A DNA stretch of 64,000 bases. It comes from an uncultured virus (IMG/VR IMGVR_UViG_3300037493_001250) (taxonomy: Duplodnaviria; Heunggongvirae; Uroviricota; Caudoviricetes). The notes beneath the pieces are model-generated. The model saw only the letters and a list, made by a program, of their open reading frames with translations. It did no database searches and was not told the DNA's origin. The DNA lies in IMG/VR virus record IMGVR_UViG_3300037493_001250; one strand, given 5' to 3'. The position numbers were made by a program, and so were the translations under genes. Shown one piece after another: positions 21,247-31,100 of the stretch. The first letter of the stretch is position 1; every line of letters begins with the position of its first letter.

Positions 21247-21555
21247 ATGTTCAAGACACAAGTACAAATAGATGAAATTGTTGTGGATGCCAAGGCGTAT
21301 TTATACCAAAGCACACAAACAATAGCTGCTGAACTACAAATACAGGCAGCACAATCTTATTATAACGATGTTATGAACGCAAACGCACTACCGAACTACT
21401 ACATTAAGGCAATACAGTTTATAGGGTCAGATTTGGCACAAAACAACCTATTTGCGGAGGCTTTACAAGGTACTACAGAGAATGTTAATACAATGGAAAG
21501 ATATGTTGAAAATGGCTACGTAGAAACAGGATATACAAAGTCAAACCCGTCATAA
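21247..21555 (+). CDS. Hypothetical structural protein (probably leaderless)
   Basis: ATG 4 nt after TATATTTG (21235-21242); C-terminal YVENGYVETGY repeat. Confidence 0.6.
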   Translation: MFKTQVQIDEIVVDAKAYLYQSTQTIAAELQIQAAQSYYNDVMNANALPNYYIKAIQFIGSDLAQNNLFAEALQGTTENVNTMERYVENGYVETGYTKSNPS

Positions 21556-21556
21556 A

Positions 21557-23110
21557 ATGCAAGAATTAAATTTAAGATTAGGACAAGCAGTATCATTAAC
21601 CTACGCACAAGAAGATGAAAACTTCAAGCGTTTAAAAACGGCTATTGATGCTTTAGAGGTAGCTGTAGCTGGTGCAGGCTTAGGAACTGTAACAAGTGTA
21701 GGGTTAGCTTTGCCTAATATATTTACGGTAACAATCAGTCCTGTAACCACAACAGGTAGTTTAACAGCTACGTTAGCGTCACAGAGTGCTAACAGAGTAT
21801 TTGCAAGTCCTAATGGTTCAGCAGGCACTCCTACGTTTAGAAGTTTAGATAATGTAGATTTACCTGTAGTAAGCATTGCGAAGGGCGGTTTAAATTTAAC
21901 TACTATTGCTACAGCCAACCAAGTGCTTGCAAGTAATTTAGCAGGTACAGCCTACGAAGGAAGAACAATAACACCAAGTGGAGGATTAACAGTAGCATTT
22001 GCTGCAAATCTTATTACACTTGGATTAAATCCAGCTTTAATAAATATAACAGATTTTGCAGGAACATTAACATCGGCTAAAGGTGGTACAGGATTTTCAG
22101 GCCCTTTTGCAATTAATCAGATATTATTAGGAAATGGGTCAAGTTCTTGGACTAGTGCAGTTCTAACAGCAGGTTCAGGCATAAGTATTACTAGTGGTGC
22201 AGGATTAGTTACAATAGCAAACACAGCTGCGGTAGTATCACAGTTAAACACGTTAACAGGGAATGTGTATATCGGGTTTGGTTCATCTGGAACTGACTTG
22301 AATGTTACAACGCCTACTACAGGTGACATAACTCTTAACATACCAAGTGCAAGTGCTAGTAATAGGGGAGTATTAACAACTGCTGATTGGACAACATTTA
22401 ATAATAAAGTTGGTGGTAGTGGAACAGCGGGTAAGATACCAATATTTACAGGTACAAATAGTGTAGGTAATAGTTTATTGACATACGCATCAGCATTTAG
22501 TACAGGAACAGTAGATTTTGCAAGTGGTGAAAGTGGTTCTGTATTAAAATCAACAGGTACAACTAGTGGTGAAGTAAGAGCAGGTGCACCAACTTTTGTT
22601 ACATATATACAAGCTGATGCAACAGCTAGCAATTTAGGATGGACAAATGCAAAGCCATTAAATTTTATACAAGGTTCAACTACTAGAGCTAGTTTTGATG
22701 CAAGTGGTAATTTTGCAATGAATGGCGGTTTTAATGTATTAACATCAGGTAATGTTCGGGCTTCAAAAGGTTTTGCACTAAATGGTTGGGCATATCATAA
22801 CGTAGTTGGTACTTATACTTTTCCATCAAATGAATCATATGGTGTAGTACTAGGGACAGCTTCAGATAACACAATGACTATTGCTTTACCTACAGCACCA
22901 ATGGATGGCCAAGAAATTTGTATATTATGTGAAGAAGCAAAAACATTAACTCTTACATCTGCTAAGACAATATTTGGGCACAATGCAGGTGTTAATATTG
23001 ATATTCAAATTACAGGAGGTGCAAGCGCAGGAGCAGCAGCAGTCATGGTAAAATATGCGGCATCGGCTGGACCAACATCGGTAGGTGCTTGGTTTATAAC
23101 AGGATTATAA
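21557..23110 (+). CDS. Tail fibre protein
   Basis: G/T/S/A-rich; GTVTSVGL, AKGGTG and ASASNRGVLTTADWTTFNNK fibre-shaft motifs. Confidence 0.75.
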   Translation: MQELNLRLGQAVSLTYAQEDENFKRLKTAIDALEVAVAGAGLGTVTSVGLALPNIFTVTISPVTTTGSLTATLASQSANRVFASPNGSAGTPTFRSLDNVDLPVVSIAKGGLNLTTIATANQVLASNLAGTAYEGRTITPSGGLTVAFAANLITLGLNPALINITDFAGTLTSAKGGTGFSGPFAINQILLGNGSSSWTSAVLTAGSGISITSGAGLVTIANTAAVVSQLNTLTGNVYIGFGSSGTDLNVTTPTTGDITLNIPSASASNRGVLTTADWTTFNNKVGGSGTAGKIPIFTGTNSVGNSLLTYASAFSTGTVDFASGESGSVLKSTGTTSGEVRAGAPTFVTYIQADATASNLGWTNAKPLNFIQGSTTRASFDASGNFAMNGGFNVLTSGNVRASKGFALNGWAYHNVVGTYTFPSNESYGVVLGTASDNTMTIALPTAPMDGQEICILCEEAKTLTLTSAKTIFGHNAGVNIDIQITGGASAGAAAVMVKYAASAGPTSVGAWFITGL

Positions 23111-23120
23111 TTTTATAAAT

Positions 23121-23300
23121 ATGAAAAATAAAGAACAAGAATTACAGGAACTAAAGGCAAAAGCCTACGATTGTATTGCACACTACGAAACAGCTATTAA
23201 GGTAGCCGAACAGTACAAAGAATCGTTGAATGAGATTAACATGCAAATTGTAGAGATACAAACAGAATTGCAAGAAAAAGTAATATACGAAACTGAATAA
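23121..23300 (+). CDS. Small coiled-coil protein (59 aa), possible fibre chaperone
   Basis: Read by hand: MKNKEQELQELKAKAYDCIAHYE...; stop overlaps the next ATG. Confidence 0.65.
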   Translation: MKNKEQELQELKAKAYDCIAHYETAIKVAEQYKESLNEINMQIVEIQTELQEKVIYETE

Positions 23301-24154
23301 TGGATATAGACGCAATAGTTAGTTATAATTTAGACGACTTGTCAACACTAAGGGTGACTGACACTTCAAATTATGGCTCACCCAACCCTGAAATAACAGA
23401 TGTAAACGCTACTAGATTTGTATTTAGTAGTGTTAATGGACAAGCAAGTAGGCAAACTAATGTAACAGCATTACAAGCCAATTATGAGTATCAGCTTGTG
23501 GGTACAGGTAGCATGACTATTGACGGCAAATCATTTAGTGCAGGTGAGAAGTTTATATTGCGTGTAAGTGTAACAGTAACACCACCAAGCACATTGCAGA
23601 TAGATGAAACAGGATACTACAGCCCTGTAACAAGCTACGACCCTGCAACAGAACCTTACGAGCAGTTTGTACCAAGTCAAGTAGGCATACCTGATAATTT
23701 GTACTTCCCTGACAACATCTTTACTTGCGAGTATGATGTATTTACAACAAAATACGCAGCAGGAGATAGTATACCTAGCGTAAAAGTTATATTGATAGGT
23801 AGTCCTGGCGGAACAATTGTTACGGAATCATATACATATAGAGTAGGGGATGTTTGGGATTATAGCACTGACCCTTTTACAAATGTAACAGGTACAAACT
23901 ATGTGGTTGCACTAGAAGGTAGCACTACCTTTTATTTTATGACTTACAAGTACGCATACCAAGTGTATGAGAGTTATATCAATGCAATAGCAGAAGGTCA
24001 ATGTGGTACAAGCTTACAGTCAAACTTTGTGCAAGTGCATGCATTACTACATTCAAACATTATCAACTTCGAGAAAGGTATCAGTGTAGACTTAACAGCT
24101 ATGCAAAATACATTAGACATTATTAACACTAACTACTCAAACTTATATGTATAG
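23300..24154 (+). CDS. Virion structural protein (paralog of 9596-10507)
   Basis: Shared motifs with 9596-10507. Confidence 0.6.
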   Translation: MDIDAIVSYNLDDLSTLRVTDTSNYGSPNPEITDVNATRFVFSSVNGQASRQTNVTALQANYEYQLVGTGSMTIDGKSFSAGEKFILRVSVTVTPPSTLQIDETGYYSPVTSYDPATEPYEQFVPSQVGIPDNLYFPDNIFTCEYDVFTTKYAAGDSIPSVKVILIGSPGGTIVTESYTYRVGDVWDYSTDPFTNVTGTNYVVALEGSTTFYFMTYKYAYQVYESYINAIAEGQCGTSLQSNFVQVHALLHSNIINFEKGISVDLTAMQNTLDIINTNYSNLYV

Positions 24155-24767
24155 CGGACAAGAAATAAAGGATAGATTCTTCACCTTTTGGGACACCCTG
24201 CAATCAGGTACGTTCAGCAACACAAAGCTAAACTACATATTTGAGAAGGCACAAACTCAGTACCTTTATAATATTATGGATGGGTATGGGTTGAACTTAG
24301 CAGTAGAGAATGAGGCTACAACATACCTTATAAACTTTACGGCAGTACCAACAAGCAATGCGTTAGATATTTCAGAAACAAGTGTTGTGATGCCTACATT
24401 TGAAAGGCTAATTGCAATGGCCTGTAAGTTCGTAAAGGGTGGAGTAACATATTACGAGTATTCAAGAGAGTTAAAAGACGAAGAGAAGATAAGCCCACTA
24501 AAGGGTAATATTCGCTATCCTAAGTACGACTACACAAATACAACTATTAGGATATACCCTACAACAGAAGTGTGCTTAGAAACAAAGGGCTTGTACTTCA
24601 GAGAGGTATTTACAATAGACGTAGCAAGCGTTACAAAAAATTTACCATTGACCGATAAAAACGTGCAAGGTATAATTAATAACGCATTAAATCTTGCCGC
24701 ACAGATGACAAGAGAAGATGGTTACTACAACATGACTGAAGCAGAGTTAAGACAAAACGAAGTCTAA
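24147..24767 (+). CDS. Tail adaptor / ring protein (putative)
   Basis: ~200 aa helix-beta-helix layout in the tail module. Confidence 0.5.
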   Translation: MYSGQEIKDRFFTFWDTLQSGTFSNTKLNYIFEKAQTQYLYNIMDGYGLNLAVENEATTYLINFTAVPTSNALDISETSVVMPTFERLIAMACKFVKGGVTYYEYSRELKDEEKISPLKGNIRYPKYDYTNTTIRIYPTTEVCLETKGLYFREVFTIDVASVTKNLPLTDKNVQGIINNALNLAAQMTREDGYYNMTEAELRQNEV

Positions 24768-25063
24768 TACATCTTTTCGGCCAAGTCCTTAAAACCAATT
24801 TTTTCAGTTAAACTAATTATTTCAAGCGCAGCTTTTTCGTTAACACTATCATCAAGGTCTTGCTGCAACTTTTCTTTTGCATAGGCACATAACAAGTCCA
24901 TGTTATAATTGCTACTTGCTGTTTCTAGGATAGCCGCCTTAACTATTTTTAAGATAGCCGACTCCATATTTTCATGGCTATTCCCAATAACTTTGTCTAC
25001 ACAATACAATTCTTGTTTAATGCTTGTGGAGGCATGATTAATAATTTCATTTAAACTTTTCAT
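24764..25063 (-). CDS. Hypothetical protein in counter orientation
   Basis: 99-aa ORF with its own minus-strand promoter GTATTACATTTG (25088-25099). Confidence 0.6.
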   Translation of the reverse strand: MKSLNEIINHASTSIKQELYCVDKVIGNSHENMESAILKIVKAAILETASSNYNMDLLCAYAKEKLQQDLDDSVNEKAALEIISLTEKIGFKDLAEKMY

Positions 25064-25131
25064 AAAAATATTTTTTTATTTACAAAACAAATGTAATACG
25101 ATTAATTCGATATACGCAAGTAAAAAATGTA

Positions 25132-25161
25132 ATTTAAAATCGTTCTAAATAGTTATATTTG
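25132..25161 (+). promoter_or_regulatory. Late promoter with a Fur-box-like 9-1-9 palindrome
   Basis: ATTTAAAATCGTTCTAAAT (25132-25150), then TATATTTG (25154-25161). Confidence 0.6.
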
Positions 25162-25180
25162 TAGTAAAAGATATTGATGT

Positions 25181-26593
25181 ATGTCAAATTTTAATTTAGA
25201 AGCGCAAATTAGGACTTTAATGAAAACTGTTCAAATGAACTTAGGTTTTGAACAAGTGCCTGATATAATAACAAATACTACTCCAAAGACAGCCTCAATA
25301 GGGTCTGTATATTATTGTATAAAAGCCATGAACGGTGATGCAGTAATAGCATCTGCAACAGGTATAGAGGGTAACATAACATTAACAAGTCTTACGATTA
25401 AAGATGGTGATGAGTTCAAGTGTAATTTAAAAACAATTACATTAACAAGCGGAAACTTAATAGCATACAAGACAGTATCAGGATATGTAGAACCACCAGT
25501 TCCACCTGCCACAATTCCCGTAAACACGGCTGTACCTGTTATAAGTGGTGCGCCAATAATAGGACAAATACTTACATCAACCACGGGAACTTGGACAGGT
25601 ACTGCACCTATAACGTATAGCTATCAGTGGAAGCGTGGGGTAACGAACATAGGAACAAACGCAAGCACATACACGGTAGTGACTGCTGATGCTGGTCAAG
25701 CAATTACGTGTCAAGTAACAGCTACAAATATTGCAGGCTCTGCAAGTGCAACTAGTACTTCCATAACTGTAGTAAACACTCTGTTAGACGCTTATCCAAG
25801 TGCATCAGCTGCTTACTCTACACGTCTATTAAGGGGTGCTAGTTATAGCGGCTCTGCTATTCGTATACGTAGGTCAAGTGATGACGCAGAACAAAATATA
25901 GGATTCACGACAAGTGGTAATTTAGATGAAACTGCGATTACAACTTTTTGTGGTGCAGGAACTGGGTTTGTTACCACATGGTATGACCAATCAGGTAATG
26001 CTAGAAATGCGATACAAACAACGAAAGCAAATCAACCTATAATTTTTCTTTCTGGATTTATAGTAATTAATAACAGCAAGCCTGCCGTGCTATTTCAAGC
26101 ATCTACAATTAAAAGTTTAGAAGGTGTATGGAGTCAAACAATTACAAAAGAGTCAAACTTTGGTGTGTTCTCCGTAAATAATTCAACAGATAGTTTTGGT
26201 AGGGTGTTAAGTCAAGGCGGTAACGGAAACGACTATGATGCTGGTGCTTACATTCCAATGATTAGAAATGGAACTACAGCAGAAATGTGCTCATTCACAT
26301 CATCAGGTGTGTTATCAAGTGCAGCTATATCCTATTCAACACAAACATTATTCTCTTCAATACATTCAGGAAGTCAAGTAGCTAATAAAGTAAACAACGA
26401 CAGCGAGGTAGTTACAGGAGATTCATTAAACTTAAATGTTGAAAGGACAACGATAGGAGGCCCAACATCAACATCTCTAGCTACAGGCTCATTAGATGGT
26501 ATGGTTCAAGAAGTAGTAATATACTACACTGACGAAACATCTAACAGAACAGGAATTTCAACTAATATAAATACATACTATGCCATCTACTAA
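25181..26593 (+). CDS. Tail/head fibre: N-terminal adaptor domain, Ig-like domain, lectin/LamG-like C-terminal domain
   Basis: N-terminus paralogous to 32751-33071; Ig-like PVNTAVPVISG...YSYQWKRG...; AAYSTRLLR...IRIRRSSD...VTTWYDQSGN module. Confidence 0.7.
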   Translation: MSNFNLEAQIRTLMKTVQMNLGFEQVPDIITNTTPKTASIGSVYYCIKAMNGDAVIASATGIEGNITLTSLTIKDGDEFKCNLKTITLTSGNLIAYKTVSGYVEPPVPPATIPVNTAVPVISGAPIIGQILTSTTGTWTGTAPITYSYQWKRGVTNIGTNASTYTVVTADAGQAITCQVTATNIAGSASATSTSITVVNTLLDAYPSASAAYSTRLLRGASYSGSAIRIRRSSDDAEQNIGFTTSGNLDETAITTFCGAGTGFVTTWYDQSGNARNAIQTTKANQPIIFLSGFIVINNSKPAVLFQASTIKSLEGVWSQTITKESNFGVFSVNNSTDSFGRVLSQGGNGNDYDAGAYIPMIRNGTTAEMCSFTSSGVLSSAAISYSTQTLFSSIHSGSQVANKVNNDSEVVTGDSLNLNVERTTIGGPTSTSLATGSLDGMVQEVVIYYTDETSNRTGISTNINTYYAIY

Positions 26594-26825
26594 CGGATAT
26601 AAATTCACGACAGAGCAAGCTGCAATAAATGCAAGAGAAAGTGTAGACACTTATTACGGCATTCCAGTATCTCCTGATAACGTAACTCAAAATTGTGTTA
26701 AATATCAGTTAGCGGGATTGAACACGCCACAGTTTTGGTATATTACTTATGATGACTCATTGGAGGAAGTGCTAGGAGAGCCAACCGAATTTGAAGTTGT
26801 ACAACCAATAATAAACGGATTATAA
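26580..26825 (+). CDS. Small acidic fibre-associated protein
   Basis: Follows the fibre; resembles 35003-35212 (GYK(F/L)T start). Confidence 0.55.
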   Translation: MPSTNGYKFTTEQAAINARESVDTYYGIPVSPDNVTQNCVKYQLAGLNTPQFWYITYDDSLEEVLGEPTEFEVVQPIINGL

Positions 26826-26826
26826 A

Positions 26827-27495
26827 ATGATAACATCTTACATTATAGATGAACTTATACGAAGCGTAAACGCAGCCACCAATACCGCAAATGGTAAGTG
26901 GGATAGCGAGTACGTAGAAGCTTTGCTCCCACAGTTAAGGGCAGAAGCTATCATACTTTCGTATAACGGTAGCAGAACACAGGCTGCCAACAAAACAATA
27001 AGTGGACAATGGTTACAGACACTTGAGTTTACGATTGTCCCAAGCGAGCAAGATAAAGAAGCGGAGTACCTTGTAATAGATGTCCCAAGCACAGTCAGGA
27101 TAAACGACAAGACTGATGGGCTAGTATACGTTGGTAATGCACAGGAGGCAATAACCTTTAAAAGAGCATTTACTAAAACAGAAGTAGCTTACTTAAAGCA
27201 GCGTGGATTCTTGAGAGGCAAAGAAATTGTTTACATATACACGGGCGACAAGCTAGAGATATACGGCAATAAGATATTAAAAGGATTTCAGATTCAAGGG
27301 ATATTTACGAACCCAACAGAGATAGCAGGGTTCAATTGGTATAACAGCGAATACCCAGTAGATGAATCTACGATTGCAATAATGAAAGATTTGTTTATAC
27401 AAAGAGCAAGAATGGAAATGGGATTAGCACAAGATACTGTGGCTGACGGTGCTGATACATTAAGCGTTAACCCTATTAAGGCAAATACTAAATGA
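26827..27495 (+). CDS. Tail ring / tubular protein (putative)
   Basis: 222 aa; QGIFTNP...YPVD motif; synteny before the stabilisation protein. Confidence 0.55.
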   Translation: MITSYIIDELIRSVNAATNTANGKWDSEYVEALLPQLRAEAIILSYNGSRTQAANKTISGQWLQTLEFTIVPSEQDKEAEYLVIDVPSTVRINDKTDGLVYVGNAQEAITFKRAFTKTEVAYLKQRGFLRGKEIVYIYTGDKLEIYGNKILKGFQIQGIFTNPTEIAGFNWYNSEYPVDESTIAIMKDLFIQRARMEMGLAQDTVADGADTLSVNPIKANTK

Positions 27496-28166
27496 TAGAC
27501 TCAGGCATAGGAAGTTTTGAAACAACCACATTAGATGCAATATTAGCGGGAGCTAAAATGCGTTTAAGGTTGCGAGATACAACAAGCGAGGACTTGTTAC
27601 TAAAAGATGTAATTGTAGAAGGCTTAAAGAAAAGCCGTGTACCTTCTTTGTTTATAAGAAAAGAAACGTACATTGAACTAGACAACTTGGTAGCACTACT
27701 ACCATGTGACTTCGTAAAGTTTGACAAGGTAAACCCAATACGTTTAATTGATAACAACAACCAAGGCAATTGGATTATACCTCAGTTTATTGATAATACA
27801 TTCTTTAGCTACGACCCTGATGTAACTACATACGGGCCATTCGTAAGATACGGAACGGTAACACAAGTTGGAAAGTACTTGTACTTCTCAAGCGATATAT
27901 CATCACTAAGGGCAGTAATAAGCTATTTAGGAACGAATGTAGATGAAGATGGAGAGATAGTTATCCCTGAGTTAATGGATAGCGTATTGGTTGCTTATGC
28001 GTGTTGGAAGTATGGCCAGGTATATCCTGAGAGAATGCCATCAGACATTAGAAGTGCATGGGAGATGGAATACAAATTTAATAAGAAAGCCGTTAAGGGT
28101 ATTCAGAACTTGCCAAGTAGCCTTGAAACAAGGTTAAACACATGGAGAATGAACGCAATAATTTAA
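27492..28166 (+). CDS. Tail ring / tubular protein (putative)
   Basis: 224 aa; LLPCDF and ISYLGTNVDEDGEIVIPE motifs seen in crAss-like ring proteins. Confidence 0.55.
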   Translation: MIDSGIGSFETTTLDAILAGAKMRLRLRDTTSEDLLLKDVIVEGLKKSRVPSLFIRKETYIELDNLVALLPCDFVKFDKVNPIRLIDNNNQGNWIIPQFIDNTFFSYDPDVTTYGPFVRYGTVTQVGKYLYFSSDISSLRAVISYLGTNVDEDGEIVIPELMDSVLVAYACWKYGQVYPERMPSDIRSAWEMEYKFNKKAVKGIQNLPSSLETRLNTWRMNAII

Positions 28167-28170
28167 TAGT

Positions 28171-31100
28171 ATGCAAGACAACCAAAACTTTGTATTTAGA
28201 GGACTAGATAGTGACAATGATTTACGTTCAGTTAAATCAGAAAGATATATTGATGGTAACGACATAGAGCACTTTGTTGATGAAACAAATACGCTAGGTG
28301 GTATACGCAGGATGAAAGGTACAAAGTTAGGTTACACTATTCCTAATATCGTACCACAATATAGCAACTACAGATTCCCGTTTATAACAACAGGCAATAC
28401 TGATTATCGAGTAACTATAATAGCACCTTATTATCTTCAGTTTACAATAGTTAATGTACCTCCAACTACAACAGGGGTAAGTAATTTGGGTACTGCTTTG
28501 GAGGGTAACATTGTATTTACAAGTACTTTTACAGACACTTTAGGTGAACAATCAGCAGCACTTTCAAATGGTGCTTTTAGATTAGATATCAATATAACTG
28601 GAAGCCTTACTATTACTGTTGAAACATCACCAACAGGCGCAGATGATTGGGTTATACAGCCATTTATACTTTTACAAGAGCCAATAAGCTACACAGCAGA
28701 GATGCAACCGCTTTCAACCGCTTTAGTAGGTGACAAGCAATTTGTATTAAGCAAGGCAATTGGTCAAGGATATTGCGAGATAGGCTGTGCTGTAAGAAAT
28801 ATAAGCGGAAATTGGACATACACAAGACTACTAGGTAGCACAAAGTTGAACTTTACTACTACAGAAGTAATTGATATGCGTGCTGAAGTATTAGGTAATG
28901 ATACAATAGGCGTGTATTGGGTAGACAATACCAATAAGCCAAAAGTATTTTATTGCAATAACAATTTAAGTGTATCCGTATTCAGGTATTTTTGGGGGGA
29001 GGTTATTAGCGGACTTCAAGGTGTTTATCTTAACAAGTTTGGTACGTATAATCTTAACAACGTAGACGTACAAACTAACTTGCAGATATTTAACAACAAA
29101 GCACTTGTAGTAATTGACAGACAAATAGCTACAGGCGGCTCGTTAAAGAGTGGAGGTAAAAGATACTATGTAAGGTTCGGTGTAAATGGTACAGAGAACA
29201 CAACACCATTCAACGACATAGGCGAGTACACCATTGTTTACAAGGCAGATAACCAAGCACCAAGGAATGCGGTTAAGATAAAAGGAGATATAACTCCTGA
29301 GACAACTACCAAGCAAATAGTATTGAAGGTAAGCAACTGCATGGCAGATGTGTTTAACTTTTTAGAATTAGTTTGCGTAGAATATGAGGGAGGCGGTACA
29401 AGTGCAATACTTGTAGACAGATACGATATTACAGCAGAGACGACTGAAATAGTACACAGTGGTAACGAGTTAGGCTCAACCCCATTTGACCCTGCTGCAA
29501 TCGTAAATGTTAAGCCCGTAATATTAACAGGCAAAACAAATGAAATCAAAAAAAACAGATACAACATAGCTAACGTAGAGATAGACGGAGACGTTGACTC
29601 TTACGCAACCATTGCAAGCAATATTACAATATCAAGCGGAAGAAAAACAATACCAAGAGTAGGAGAAATTTACACGGGGACTACTAGTACAACAGAAGCT
29701 TTTAAAGCCTATAATTTTGATATATCAACAAGTAATATAAATAGTGGAGCTTTAATCATAAGCGGAGTTTTGTTTAGTGGAGACCCTGATGTTATTGTTA
29801 ATAATCCGTTTGGAGTTTTTTCAACTACCCCACCAAATGCTGGTGTTTATACGGCTAATTCATCAACTTTTGGAGTAAACCAAATACTTCTTAATTTATA
29901 CATATATGGCAATATTGCACCAGATGATAGCAATTTTGCAAGAGTAATAGTATATCAATTAAATGCTGATAATACTCAAAAAGCAGTAATAGCTGATATA
30001 CAAAATAATCAGAACCTTCAGGCTGTACAAATAATAGGGAACTATTCATACAATGTAAATATAGGTGTAGGTGAAAAAATAAGAGTAGATTATTTTATAC
30101 AAGGTAGAGCTAATTGGATTATAAAATCTAGTGGATTCTCAGCATTAATTGGTCAAGTTGATAGCTTTAACTTTGGAAAGCAATTAGCTGAAAATGAATA
30201 TCAAAAAGCAGAAAACGTAGCTAACAACATGGGGTATATGCTTTACGAAGAGTACCCATACTATATTAAGTTCCATAAGAAAAGTGGATACACAACATCC
30301 CCTTACTACATAGGTACGCATACGATTAAGCCAAGTGATTTTAGCACATTTGTTGCAGGGTATGGAATAGACGTAGAGCTAACAAACTCTAGTGGAAATC
30401 CATGGGTTTACCATCCCGTATTTACTAATATAGATGTTACAAGTATAAGAAATGAAATCGTAGGTTTCAGTTTTTGGAGAGGTGATATAACTAACCCCAA
30501 AGTAATTGCCTGTGGTATTAACTTAATGGCAAACGAAATAGCAGCTGAGGGTTACTACACAGGTTTTTACGCTTCAAATCCAATAGGTACTTTATACGGT
30601 ACTGCTTTTCCTACATCATTTGACCCCGTAAGAAGATACTCAGGATTTATAGCACCTGATAATCTTGTAAGAGATGGCGAGTTAGTACGATTCCAAACAG
30701 GAGATAAGATGTACATTGCAGGACAGCCAACAATATTCGCAGCATCTGCTAATAACAATATTGCATCAGCAATAGGCCAAAGGTTGGGTAGTTTTGTAGA
30801 ATTTACAGGATATTGTCCACGAGCAACACAAGCCGCAAATAATTCTCCTACTGTGCTTGAAGATGCCGTATTTACACCGTTTAGAGAGACAAGTGATAGG
30901 TTCATTTATAATACTCTTTCAGGAATTTCAAACCCTACTAAGTTAGTCTTAAATAAGGCCGACACATTTAGGCCATCAATGGATACAGCTGCTTTAGCGG
31001 TATCTTTTTTTGACCCACAAGCCACAGTAACTGCAAGAACATCTGAAGATTATGGCGTTTATTTAGGATACTATTACAGAGCAAGCAACACCTTAGATAT

